Assembly (NCBI GenBank): GCA_013239625.1
Contig: MU053934.1
Span: 7,397,352-7,459,351 of the forward strand
Direction: 5' to 3'
DNA: 62,000 nucleotides
Source: Lama guanicoe
Lineage: Eukaryota
Within the stretch, counting starts at the first letter, position 1; the number at the start of each line of letters is the position of its first letter. Made by a program: the position numbers and the translations under genes. Positions 48,240 through 60,681 of this stretch are shown here, piece by piece. The notes beneath the pieces are model-generated. The model was not told the DNA's origin. It ran no database searches and saw only the letters and a program-made list of their open reading frames with translations.

Positions 48240-49587
48240 CTGCGGGGGAGGCGACAGTGGGAAAGGGCAGGGGGGCCTGCCATTCTCTCCGGGGCTCCCT
48301 GCCCTCAAGGTCTGACTCAGAAAAGGGTTCAAGGCCCTTCCCCACCATCCAGTGACCTCTCACTGTGTGCACCCAGTCTGAACAGGTCGACCCCTCCGCT
48401 CCCTGACGCTGTCCACAACTGTGCAGAGTGCGCTGTGGACCCCCGGGGTCTGAGCAGTGAGCCAAGCAGACCCAGCCCTGCCGGGGGGTTGACATCCTAC
48501 TCGGCTGTGCTGGACGCCGCGTCTGTTCCTCCGTCGGTGGTAATAAGCGGGGAGAATTGTAAGGCCGGGAGTGGAGGGAGGCCGGAGAAGGCAGCACTGA
48601 GGGGGCTGCGTGGAGACCTGAGGGGCGTGGAGCCGGCCCTGCTGGTGTGGGCTGAGCGGAGGTCAGGGGCTGTGGTGAGGGCCCTGCTTTCCTAGTCCAC
48701 CTGGAGCTGCCCTGGGTTCCTGGCTGCTGCGTTGGGAGTGGGCTCCGGGGGCGGGGGCAGAGGCGGAGGCCCAGGCAGGACACGTCAGGGCCAGGAGAGG
48801 TGGCGGTGGCCTGGGTCAGGGAGGCAGCAGTGAGGTAGTGAGAAGTCACTGCAGCCTGGGTCTGTTTAGAGGCTAGAGCTGCAGGGGCCACGGACAGACT
48901 GGGTGTGAGGGGAGAGGGACGAGGACTCGGGGCGATTCCAAGGTTCCCTTGAGTGCCTGGCAGGAGGGAGCCACCGTGCCCTGGGGAGGCCAGACGCTCT
49001 TGCTAGGAGGTTGGCAGTAAAGGGAAGAAAACCTGGCAGGAGCTAGGGGGCAGGTGGGGCAGGAGAGCGCCTCCTCAGAACGAGAGGGTTCAGGGAGTCT
49101 GTACGTTGGGCCATCAGCAGGTGGGGAGGCTGTCCCAAAAGCCCGGGGCTGAGAGGGAGCGTGTGCAGGGGAAGCAGGGCCCTCAGTGGAGGGCAGGGCC
49201 CGGGGTGACATGGAGGTGAGACTCCTCTGACCTCACCCTGCCGCCCCTCCGCCGCCCTCACTGCCTTGCCTTCCTCCTCCAGTCCTTCCTCATGGTGAGC
49301 GCAAAGCATCCCCAGAGCCTGGAGGAGCTGGCGGCTCCTCCTTCTTGCTCCGGGGGCTCAAAGCTCCAGACTGGAGCTACTGGCCTGCCTGGCCCTCTCA
49401 TCGAGACCCTTGGGCAGGCTGGTGTCGGACCCCCTGCAGTCCCCATCCTAGCGTGTAGCACAGGGCCAGTCACCAGTGTCCACTGCGCCAGGCCCCTCCT
49501 CTGACCCAGGAGGTTTGCCACGGCAGGAACTGAGAGGCCTTGAGGGAAACTGTCCCTGAGCAGAGGGGTGGGTGGGAGCGTCCTCAC

Positions 49588-49755
49588 CTTTGGCCTCACA
49601 GTCTTGGAAGGAGGCTGTGCCCTCGTGCTTGGTGAGCAGCCCCCCTCCGCAGGGGAAGCAGCCCGTGCGCCCCGGCTCAGGCTGGTACGTGCCCACAGGG
49701 CAGGCCTGGCAGGGCCTGAAGCCATCGGTGGAGAAGGAGCCTGGAGAGCACTGGC
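49588..49755 (-). CDS. SCUBE1: SCUBE1 exon, Cys-rich repeat 2
   Basis: [55 protein letters not shown]; 168 nt. Confidence 0.96.
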
Positions 49756-51057
49756 CTGGAAGTCAAAGGTCAAGGCTCAGGCTAGGGGAAGGGCGCCTCA
49801 GGCCAGGCCCTGTGCTGAGCCCTCAGCTGCCCCTGGGAAAGGCACCAAGGCTGGGGGGTGAGGGGGAGGACCTGGGGGAGGAGGACTGGCCTCCCAGCGG
49901 CTCATGCACTGTGTGGCCTTGGCCAGGCCTGGCTTGCTTCTCCCACTGGCTAGAAGGGCTGTGGATTGAAGAGAAGTGGCCCTGCTCCTGAGCTGGAAGT
50001 GTGGACCCCACATATGGAGGTGGAAGGTCGTGGGAGGCAATTTATTTGGGGGGGCTCTCCCAGAGGGCTGGCCACACTGAGTCTTCACATGACGATCTAG
50101 GGCTGTCAAGTTCCAGGCTGATGCTGCCTTGTCTGTCTGCCTGGCTGAGCAGAGGGAGGAGGGTCTTTGAGGTCCCTAGGGCACAGTTGGGAGAAAGGGA
50201 GGGGACAACACATTCTAGCAAAAGATCAGGATGGAGTGGGTTTATTGCCCTCTCAGCCCAGACCCTGGAATTCTCTGCTCCCACAGTGGCCACTCTGTGC
50301 TGCCAGTCACCATCCCCCCAGGGCAGAGACCACATGCCTGGAGGGGGCAGGGGCTAGAGGGCAGCTGGCTAGCCTACAGAGACTCAGGGCTGGGCTCTGA
50401 TGTTTTCTGTTGGAAGAAGGCTGGAGATCTCCAGCACCCTAAGGGTCCCACTCACCAGCACACATTTCCCCACCTATTCTCCTGGCTGATCCCCACAATG
50501 GCCTGGGAAGGGAGGCTGATGGGGGGAAGGCTATGAGCCCATTTCATAGATGAGGTTAAGTAAGGGTTGTAAATGGAAGAACTCTTTGTAAACCAAACTG
50601 TGCTTGGTAAGTTGAAAAAGGCTTTCCAAACCACCTATAGGGCAAACTGTAGAGTTCTTTGTGTGGAGCACAGTTCTTGCCCAAGTGTCTGGCCCCACTC
50701 CATGAAGCATTCCGACAACGCTGGGCTGGAGGTGGAACGTGTTTGGACACATAAAGAACTATGCACTCCGTTACAAGCTGACCTGTAAATGATCAAGTGT
50801 CAAGTCCCTTCCAACCTGCATGATGCAGTTTTAAGGTGCACCCAGTGCAGCCGAGTGCCTGCTCCCCGCCGTGCCCTGTGGCACGTGCACCTGTGGGTCT
50901 GCACCTGTAAGTGAAGCTGCATGGAAGTCAGGACAGGCTCTGGAAATGGCAAAGACTTTACAGAAGATCACGAGGCACCCGGGCCTTTGCTTTGGGAACC
51001 TCAGGGAGGCTGGAGATACCCTGTCCCCGCCCTTTCCCAGGGTGGGCCCGTACTCGC

Positions 51058-51219
51058 CTCCACACTCGGATACGTTGCGGGCACCCGCCAGGCCTAGCCC
51101 GTCGTTGCTGGGGCACGGCGTGCAGCTGAGCTGGCCATCCCCATCCTGGTAGGTCCCCGGTGTGCAGGGCACACACTGGCCGGGCTCTCCGCTGAAGAAG
51201 GTGCCAGGACTGCAGGCCA
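51058..51219 (-). CDS. SCUBE1: SCUBE1 exon, Cys-rich repeat 1 (followed by a GC donor)
   Basis: [53 protein letters not shown]; 162 nt; donor GAG|gcgagt. Confidence 0.93.
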
Positions 51220-51964
51220 CTGCAGGGGCAAAATGGAGAGACTGCTGGTGGCAGAGGTGGGGAGCGGTGGCCGGGGGTCTGGCCACCTGGCTCCTGGTGC
51301 CTCAAGCTCAGGCTCTGTTCTTCCGGATGGGACACAGCTCTCGTTCCTGTGGCTCAGAGGAGCCAGGGGTAGGAGCCAGGCGGTGGTCATCGGTGAGGAC
51401 CCTGGAGGCCTGTCCTGGTCTCATGTCCTCTCCTGGCTGCCCCTGGGCACAGTCCTCTGCAGACCCCTCTGTCTCAGCCCTCTCATAAATGCCTGTGGTC
51501 CCAGGGCTCCTTTGCTCTTTCTGCTCCACACACTGTCTTCCAGCCCTGACCCCTCGGCCTGGGTACCAACTGCCTCCTGGATGCCCCACAGTCACTTCAT
51601 TCACCAAGCTCCCCTGCCCACCCTTTTCTTTCCCCATGTGGCAGACTTGGCATCTGAGGACATGGGGCAGCGCAGAGGGCCTGGGGGAGTGACACAGGGA
51701 CAGGCAGGAAGGCCTGGGGGTGGAGGACATTGCAGAGACGGTGGGCTGAAGAGAGAGCCATTGACCAAATAAGCAAAGTGATGAGCAAATAAGGAAACTC
51801 GTTGAGAAAATAAGGTAAAGAGAAAGGGAGCCAAGTGTGTCACTGGAGAAAATATTTAGAAACATGGAAAAAGAACATGGGGGAAAAAGGTTAGAAAGAA
51901 TCCCAAGGTACTGAATTGGAGCTACTGGTGTGAACTCATGGTTTTATATCACACATAAGAAACT

Positions 51965-52108
51965 GGTGTAGAGCACAGGGAATTATATTCAATTTCTTGT
52001 AATGAGCTGTAATAGAAAAGAATCCGAAAAACAGTATGTATAACTGAACAGCTTTGCTGTACACCTGAAGCTAACATTGTAAACTGACTACACTTCAACT
52101 AAAAGAAT
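51965..52108 (+). mobile_element. L1 3' end of cetartiodactyl type
   Basis: agcacagggaattatattcaatttcttgtaat...tataactgaacagctttgctgtacacctgaagctaacattgtaaactgactacacttcaa. Confidence 0.8.
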
Positions 52109-52470
52109 ACATCCCCATCAAATCCTAGGCAGTCGCAGAGGGAAAAAGGTGAGTGAAGGTGGAGGAACCAGTGGCGGGCTGGGGCAATACCCTGTGCCTC
52201 CTGATGGGGGCGCAGAAGAGCAGACATGGAGCGTGGTTTTCCTGCCAAGAACCAGGAAACCTCAGCAGCAGCTAGCCAAGGGTCGCCCTACAGAACTTAG
52301 GGAAGGCAGGAGAGAGCAAGGGACTGCTCGAGATGAAGGACTCTGAGGAGACACGACCGCTAAACGTAACACGCCTTCCTGGAGAGGAAAGGGAGGTTGT
52401 GGGAGAGCTGGTGAAGTCTGATGGGGCGTGCGGATCGGATGGGAAGGTGAAGGCTAAACTAGCACGCCAT

Positions 52471-52514
52471 ACACACACACACACACACACACAGACACAC
52501 ACACATACACACAC
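52471..52514. repeat. Imperfect (AC)n microsatellite
   Basis: Read directly; about 22 units with two interruptions. Confidence 0.9.
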
Positions 52515-53847
52515 GTGAGGAAGCCCTGGGGAGCAAATGCTGTCAAATGCCCACAGCGGGGGAGTCTGGGTGAAGAAGATACTGAAGTTCTTTGTTCTGT
52601 CTGGCAATGTTACTGAAATTTTGAAATCATCTCAAAGTAAGTTATTAAACATAAAAGAATGACATCGCCAAGTCCCTCGCCCTCCTCGCACATCAGGGAC
52701 CGGCCCCTCTGCCCGCCCTGCTGCCCGAGCTGGAGTCCTGCCTTCCCTGCCCCTCCCCACCGTCCTAAATCCCCTCTTCTCCAGTGGCTCCCCGTCTGCC
52801 TCTCTGGCCCAGTCTATGCTTTGTGCTCCAGGTCTGAGGCCCCCGCCACCTAGTCAACACCTTCACGTGGATGACTCATGAGCATCTCAGACTAACAAGG
52901 ACTCTTGGCACCTCCGCCAGCTCCCTCACCTGAAGTTCCTCCCAGATCAGAAAGTGCTGCCACCTGCACCCAAGTGGCCAAAACCTCTGGAGCCATCCTT
53001 GAAGCCTCCCGCTCCCTTGCCTACCTCTCTTAGCAGCACGCTCAGTCTCTCTCTTGCTGCCCACCTCACCTGCTGCCCCAGCTCTAGGTTCTACTGTCTC
53101 TCGCTCGACCTCCGCGCCACTGTCCCCCGCACTCAGCCTGCCCACAGCAGAGAGTGGCTGGGCTGCACCTGGCTCAGTGTGTCCCAGTGTCCCCCCTGCA
53201 CTCGGAGTAGCACCATGGCCTGCGAGGCCCCTCAGCTTGCCCGTGGGGGTGCTCACTCTCTTGCTGGCTGTCTTCTTTCCCATGAACCGTGAACCCATTA
53301 GAACAGGGACTCTGTCATGTCCACCACCTCTTATCCACCGGGGGCATCGCTAAGCCTGGCCCTTCCCGAGAAGCCAGCCCCGGGGTGCCCGGCTCACTGG
53401 CCCGGTTGGCAGCCAGCCTGCAGCCCACCCCCACCGAGGCCTCACTGCTTCCCTGCAGACCCCCTGCAGCCCCGCATGCGTCTTCACTCTGCTCCTCCTC
53501 TGCGCTTGGCTCCCACCCGCCTCCTCTGGGAGCTTCTAACCACACAGACTGGCCCCGTGCCCTTCATGCCCCTCGGCTGTGGCTTTGCTGGCCTGTGCTC
53601 TCCCTGCCCACCCCTCTCAGGACCGCGGTGAGGGTCACAGGTACAAACATTCCCAGCTCCTTAAATGACAGCCGTCTGCCCAGTACCAGGGTGCCTCTCC
53701 CGGGCAGGCCTCCGTGTCTCTCCGGCCTCTCCCAACCTATCTGTCTCCCTTGGGGGACTGTCTACCTAGGCCGAGTGTGGAAGGGACAGAGAAGGTTTGC
53801 AGAGGACATCTGAGCAGCTGCGGGCAGGTGGGCAGGGACTCACTCAC

Positions 53848-54051
53848 CACATTTGCCATCCTGCAGCACCTGGCCCGTGCCACACGTCCCCTGGCCCTCC
53901 GGGACCTTGGCCGGCCGCTGGGCCACCTCGTACTCGGTGCCGGCAACCTGGATGGAGAAGTGCTGCCGGCTGAGGGACTTCCGCAGGGTCTTGATGGCAG
54001 CCTGCAAGCTCTGCTCCACTCGCTTCCGCACACAGTCCGCTGCGCAGGTGT
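53848..54051 (-). CDS. SCUBE1: SCUBE1 exon, spacer region
   Basis: [67 protein letters not shown]; 204 nt. Confidence 0.94.
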
Positions 54052-54983
54052 CTGCAGGGGTGGGCGAGGCCGTGACCCACCGCCCCTCGAGGAGCGGCCT
54101 CTTCACTCAGGTTCCCACCCGCCGGGCGCGGCACCCGGCCGGCCTTGGCTCCCAGTGCGTTCTCTCAGCAGCCCTGGGCCGAGGCACTGACGCTGTGAAT
54201 GTCTGATGGATGAGGAGACTGAGGCTCCGAGTGTTCTGACCTGCTCAAGGCCATGCAGCAGACCTGAGTAGGAACCAGACCTCTGCCACTGCAACACCTC
54301 TCCTCCCCAGGGCACGACTCACTGCTGGGTGTCCCTGCCTGTCACTTAGACACCCTTGTGGCTGACAGACCTCAGCTCGTTCTCACGTGCTCACCACCTT
54401 GCGTCTCCCTTGGCGCAGGGGAGTTTGTGGGCTCCCCCATGGCTGGGAGTGCTGCTGGCTTGGGGACCAGAGTCTGTCCCTTCTTGCCACAGTGTTCAGG
54501 TTCAGGCACACACAGTGCACATTTGCTGACAGATCTCCACTCCTCGGTCACAACTCAACACTCATTCACAGCCCAGAGGGGGATGGTATGAAGCACAAGC
54601 CAGCATTCCACAAGCCCCCTTCTGGAACCTGGGAAAGACAGGTCTTTGGCGCAACCATCCTGGGGAGGCTGCAGGGATTAGCCCTTTTGGGCCCCACCCA
54701 GGGTGTGGAGGGGTGGGGAGAGGCCCTGCGGCTGTCACTGCAGGCCTCCAAGCCCCGCTCCTCTCACGGCCCTGGGCCTCCTCTTCCACCCTGGGCTGAG
54801 CAACTGCTTTAAGGCCCTGGCACTGACCCCTGCCGGTTCCCCCGCCTGCCTGGCTGGCCTCTACTTCCTGTAGCTGTGGCTTGGGTGGGAGCCTAGCTTC
54901 AGCCTAGTAGACCCCCGCCAGCCCTCCCAGTCCACCGACCTCACTGAGGCCCTCAGCACCTCAGGAGGGGACCCCTCACCCAC

Positions 54984-55121
54984 CTGAGACCTCTTCCATC
55001 TTTGTCTCAACCTCAAACTCTGCTGTGATGTGGGTCACCTCCTTGGATGGGGACTTTCGGCCACGGCGCCTCTTCTTGGAGGAGTCACACTTGAGGGTCA
55101 CAAAGGTCACGTGGCAGTTCT
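54984..55121 (-). CDS. SCUBE1: SCUBE1 exon, spacer region with basic cluster
   Basis: [45 protein letters not shown]; 138 nt. Confidence 0.94.
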
Positions 55122-55910
55122 CTGGACAAGGAAGGGACCGCTGTGGCAAAGGTGGCACAGGGCAGAGAGCAGGGTCCTACCTGCCCTGCACACAAAGTGC
55201 CGTTGGCAAGGGTCCCACCTTGCCGAACAGTCCACGTGCAGATGGGGAAACAGGCTAAGGAAGGCCAGGGTTTTCTGAGGGGCCAGAGGCTGAGCCAGGC
55301 CCCGCACCCGGCCCTTCTGAGTTCCCAACACCGCCGCATACCAGGCACCTTGTGCATCTTCCTTAGCAAAGCTGTGCAGCTCTAGCTCCGGGCCACTTGG
55401 CCCAGGTCAGGCCTGCTGAGTGCCAAGGTTTCTCAGATTTCAGGGGCAATCCTGAGGTGTCCAGGAACCTTCATGGAAACAGCTGGGGTGCTCTCCTCCT
55501 GCACCCTTCTCCCCAGGCTTTCCCTGTGCTGTTCCCCCAGCCTGGAACACCCTTCTCGGTCACCCTCACTCAAGAAGGAGCCTCTGCGTGAGCCCTCGAT
55601 CCCTTCCGTTTGGCAACAACCAGGCTGCGCAGAAAGCCCAGGTCTGGGGGAGCTCGTTGAACCCCCGGGAAGGCAGGGACGGTGGGCCCCAGCGACGCTG
55701 GGGGACAGGCTTTCCATGCACATGCTGGCTTTCTTCCCCAGGGACACCCCCACTGTCAACAGCGCCCCGGGCGTGGCTCCACGGCAGTGAGGGTGAAGAG
55801 AGGCTCCGACTTTGAAAACCCAGTCCTGTTGGACCCTGGGGCCCCAGAGCCCGGGAATGGGGACCCGCTGCCGCCCCCTGAGTGGGTTGGTAACAACACG
55901 GCCCACTCAC

Positions 55911-56027
55911 CCAGCAGCTGCTGCCTCAGGGCCTCCTTTGCTGGCTCCCGGCTTTGGGGCCGGAGGTGGCACTTGGCGTCTCGGATCTTGAAGCGGGCCT
56001 TCTGTCTGATGAGGGTGGCAGGGGCAC
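55911..56027 (-). CDS. SCUBE1: SCUBE1 exon, spacer region
   Basis: [38 protein letters not shown]; 117 nt, phase 1-1. Confidence 0.92.
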
Positions 56028-56947
56028 CTGGGGAGAGCCCAAACCCCCCCAAGTGGTGGCTCCTCCTGTGGGCAGGGAGGTGGGGCCTGGGGGCTGCAGA
56101 GGGAGCGCCTGAGTGTGAGGGGGCTGCCGGGGGACGAATCCACTGGGAGCTGGGGGTGGGGACCTCTGCTGCCTTGACTCTCTCCCTGAAAAAGGTGAAA
56201 GTGTGGACGGTGGGGTCAAGTTCAAGCCAGGGGCCATCCAGCCAGAGGCCTTCTGCAGAGCAGGAAAGGCCAGCCTCCCACCTCCTCCACCATCAAAGCC
56301 AGTTCATGTGGTTCATGCTTTCAGGAAAAGGGACAGGACAGAAGAGAGAGGGAAGCAAGGAAGGGAAGGGGTTTTGAAATAATATAAACGCTCAGAGCCA
56401 CTGATTCTTTTTAAGAGCACATCACAGACCCTTGGCCTAAAGAATCCTACAGTCACAGAGGCTGAGAAGTACACGTGTGTGGACTGGATGCCCACCAGCT
56501 CCAGCGTCCTGCACAGGACACGCTGGAGGGGTTGCTGGCAGGGGAGCTGGCGGGCTGTGCTGACCGGGACCCGGGACACACGCTCCCAGCCAAAGCGCGA
56601 CCCTGGGAGCTTTCAGAGCCTCGTGGCCACAGCAGATGTGACTCACTTCACTGAAACTACATCTGAGGTCCACAGATGCATGGCACTTTAGGGTCACTAA
56701 ACCACTCTGGAACCACAGCGCAGAGCCTCAGAGCCAGAAGGGCCCTTTCATGGTCCACCGCCCCTGGGCTGGGACTCAGCCTGTGGTCTGCCTGCCCCTC
56801 GGTCCTGGCCCTGCTCCTAGCTCCCTGGCACCCTGAGGAGGCAGGCCCCAGGCCGGGAGGCTCTTCCCTCTGCTCCCGGCACAGTGCTGGACGCAAAGTC
56901 AAGGGCTCGTGCAGGTGTGCACGGGGCACGGACAGGCCAGGGGCTAC

Positions 56948-57052
56948 CTGAGCAGCTGGGCCCGCTGCTGGAGCTGGTGCTGTTGCGTTTCTGCAGTGTC
57001 TTGCCCTGGAGGCCTGGGACCCCGCAGCTCAGGCTGTAGCTGTTGTCCGAGT
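56948..57052 (-). CDS. SCUBE1: SCUBE1 exon, spacer region
   Basis: [34 protein letters not shown]; 105 nt, phase 1-1. Confidence 0.92.
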
Positions 57053-57423
57053 CTGCAGAGAGGCCAGTGGTGAGATGGGCCTGGGTGCCCCCGGCTTCTA
57101 GCACCCCCAGATCGATCCCGGGGCCTTGGAGGGGTCACTGAGTAAGAGGAAGGTCAGCACTGACCCTTATGTCAGTTCATTTCTGCTACACGACTATGGG
57201 CTAGGCAGCTGGGCGGGAGGGAGGGAGGGAGTCCACTGTACTTCTGAGGACACAAGGCCCACACAGAACCTGACAGCTGCCCAGGATCACTCAGGGGCCA
57301 GGGCCAGGGGTCCTCATACCTAGGCTGGGGTCCCTTCCTGGAGAACAGCAGGCAGCAGGGCGGGATCCCGGGGAAGGAAGTCCCCGCCCCCCACCATCCC
57401 ATCTCGGGGACACCCCGGGTTAC

Positions 57424-57543
57424 CTGGCGTGAAGAGGGTGTGGGCCAGGCAGGACAGGGAGCAGCTCTCCACACTGCCTGCCTTGCTGCAGGACAGCTGG
57501 GCCTGGGGCGAGGCCTTGGCCCGAGAAAGGCACTTGCCCGTCT
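57424..57543 (-). CDS. SCUBE1: SCUBE1 exon, first spacer exon after the EGF repeats (upstream exons lie beyond the window)
   Basis: [39 protein letters not shown]; 120 nt; the 12 exons total 1760 nt with a continuous frame to the stop. Confidence 0.92.
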
Positions 57544-58984
57544 CTGAGGAGAAAGAAGACACGACGGAGGGCTTGAGGGGCCAGGGAGGCCTTCTGGAGC
57601 TGGCGGGGCCCCTGAGCACAGACCAACAGGGACTCCCACTGCACCTCCATCCCCTGCCCAGGCCATCTTGGTGGGAGGGGGATGGGAGTTGGCAGGTCCA
57701 CATTCTTTGGACACGTGGGGGCACTGGGCCCAGAGAGCTGTTCTCGCCTCCCCTGACCCCAGTCCAGGCTGTCTGTGAGCAGGTTCACACCCCATGCCCA
57801 GGGCGGGGCTGGGTTCTCCAGAGCAGGTGTCTGTGCCCATCTGGGGAAAGGAACGGCTGAAAATAATGGACGGGGCTTCTTGGCAGAGACCAGCCCCTAA
57901 GTGGGTCACTGGGAGCCCCTCTCTGGGGCAGCACTCGGACCCACCCATGGGTGTCTGAAGATGTCCAAAACTGAGCTCTTCAGACTTTCTCGTGTGTTTA
58001 TTTATCTTTTGAGGATTAAAAGATGTCCCAGACTCCTAGGAAAAGACTGACGATTCTATAGTCCAGGAAAACATCCGAACTGACTTTATGGAAGTCTGAC
58101 TGACCAGTGACAGCTGCCTCCGGAAGTGTCACCCTCGGAGCCCACCGTCAGCGGTGGGGTCGCTCCAGGCTTGAGGGGACGTAAACCTGATTTGCTTTGG
58201 TTTATTAAAACCACCCGAGTAGCGGGGCTTTGTAACACTCCTCGGTTCTTTCCCAAGTTCCAGCCTGTAACTGCTCCTTTGGGGTCATGCTCAGAAGACG
58301 TTCCCCTTTCCCAGGTCAAAGCCCCGACCCCACCCCGTAGTGCGGAGGGATCTTCTGTGCAAACGGGACTGCAGCTGAGATGCACCTGAGAGGTTGTTTA
58401 TGGAAGTCTCCGAAAATTCTCCTACGAGTCAGCTCAAATCTTGGCTGATGGGAGCCTTAATATGCCTCTATTATATATGATCAAAACCCAGAATCCCCGG
58501 GGCAAAGCTTCCACAACAGCAGCAGAACGACTGGAACAGAGCCCAGGAAGAGCCCGGGTTAGTCTTCCCAAGTGGCCATTAACCTTCTTTGTTGGTATCA
58601 ACGGGCAAAGCTTAGGGCAGGCTCTCAGGGGACAAGCTCAACAACACGGGAAGCACTGGTGACCAAGGCTCGTCCTCCCTGCCTCAGAGCCACCACAGCC
58701 TTGGCTGGAACAGCTGCAGCACCTTTAAATCTGAGGGTACCCATGCATACGATCCCTACTGTGACCGAAAACTCCCAGAGCTTTTCCTGCTTGTCGGTGA
58801 ACTAATTATGCTGTCTGGGTCCTTTGTCCTTCTCAGATTACCAATGAGCACTCCTACCCCTCCCCGCAGGAGAGCCCCCATCCATCTCTGTGCACCTGTA
58901 CTCAGAAGTGCTCACAGCTGGAACAGAGCTTCTGGAGACTCCGCGCCAAATCCGGACTCAGTACTGTCTGTTGCTGAGACTTAC

Positions 58985-60515
58985 CTTAAACATGAACAGA
59001 TCTTAAAATTCATATGGAAACTCAAGGGAAGTTCAAGAATAGCCAGATCAATCTTGAATGTGAAAGCAGGAGGACTTGCACTTCACAATACAAAAACTTA
59101 CCATAAAGCTACGGTAATCAAACCGGGCTTGAGGACAAACAAATAGATCAGTGGGATAGAAATGAGAGCCTAGAAACAGACCCATTCATTTACAGCCAAC
59201 TGATTTCAAGAGGATGCCTAGATAACTGTACGGGGAAAAAGGAAGGTCTTTTCAACAAATAATGCTGTGACACCTGGGGAGCCACATGCAAAAGAATACA
59301 CTTGGACCCCTATCTCACACCATATAAAATTAATCCAACATGGATCAAAGACCTAGAGGTAGGAGCTAAAACCACAAAGCTCTTAGAAAGGAAACAGGTG
59401 TAATCTTTGGGCATTTGGATCAGGCAATGAACAGCTTCTTAGAAGTGACACAAAAAACACAACCAACCAAAGGGAAAAAAACATAAACTGAACTTCACAA
59501 AAACGTAAAGCGTATGTGCTTCAAAAGACACCATCAAGAAAGCAAAAAGGAACTCACAGACGGGAGAAGATCTTTGTAAATCATGTACCTAATCAGGGAC
59601 TTGTTGCAGAACATCAGAGAACCCTTTCACCGTAACAGTAAAGCCAACTAATTCAACCAGAAATGGGCAAAGGATCTGGACGGGCATTTCTTTAAAGCAG
59701 GTATACAAGTGGGCAAGTACATGAAAAAATACTCAGCATCACTCGCCATCTGGGAGACACAAATGCAAACCACAATGACATACCGCTTCATACCCGCTAA
59801 GATGGCCACAATCAAAAAGGCAGATAACAACAAGTGCTGGCGAGGATGTGGAGCAACTGGAACCCTCACACACCGCTGGAGGGAATGGAAAACGTACAAC
59901 GGCGCAGCCACTTTGGGAAACAGCCTGGTAGTTCCTCAAAACTTAAACACAGAGTTACCATACAACCCAGCAATTTCCCTCTTGGGTATATACCACAGAA
60001 AACTGTGAACATATGTTCATACAGAAGCTTGTGCATGAATGCTCACAACAGCATTATTCGTAACAGCCCAAAGCTGGAAACAACGCAAAATGTCCAATGA
60101 CTGATAGATGGATAAACAAAGTGCAGTGTAACCGCACGGTGGAATACAACTCGGCAATGAAAAGGAATGAAGCACTGACACCTGCTACAACGTGGCCGAA
60201 CCTTGAAATTATGCTAAATGAGATAAGCCAGTCACAGAAGGCCACAGAGCATATTCCACTTATGTGAAATCCCCAGAGTGGCGACTTCATAAAAGACAAA
60301 AGTAGATTGTGGTGGCCTAGGGCTGGGGGGCTTGAGGGAAACGAGGAGGGGCTGCTGTGGGGATGGGCTTCTTCTTGGAGGAGTGAGAAGGCTCTACAAC
60401 CCACCGTGGCTGCACAGCTCTGTGACTACACTGACACTCGCTGAATCGCACACTAACTGGGTGAACTGCGTGGTATGTGAATTACATCTCAAAAAAGCTG
60501 TTAATAAAAACAAAA
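58985..60515 (+). mobile_element. Ancient L1 (L1MB-like), ORF2 3' part and 3'UTR, antisense to SCUBE1
   Basis: Degenerate ORF2 peptides ILKFIWKLKG..RIARSIL...GGLAL...KTYHKATVIK and MATIKKADNNKCWRGC...LNTELPYNPAISLLGIY, then typical 3'UTR and A-rich tail. Confidence 0.9.
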
Positions 60516-60650
60516 AGCAAAAGGAAGAGAGAAAGTACCAGGCTGGACATGCAAGAATCATCCAGGCCGGAATCAAGCCCAAATGTCTCCCGGGTCATCA
60601 CACGAAACACGCAAGGACTTCCTACAGGACCGAGAGGCTCACAGGTTCCA

Positions 60651-60681
<31 letters not shown>
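60651..60681. repeat. Compound (TC)n(AC)n microsatellite
   Basis: Read directly. Confidence 0.85.

Noticed and set aside
48001..48891. 296-aa ORF spanning a SCUBE1 exon
   Set aside because: Only the 162-nt exon portion is SCUBE1; the rest is intron read-through
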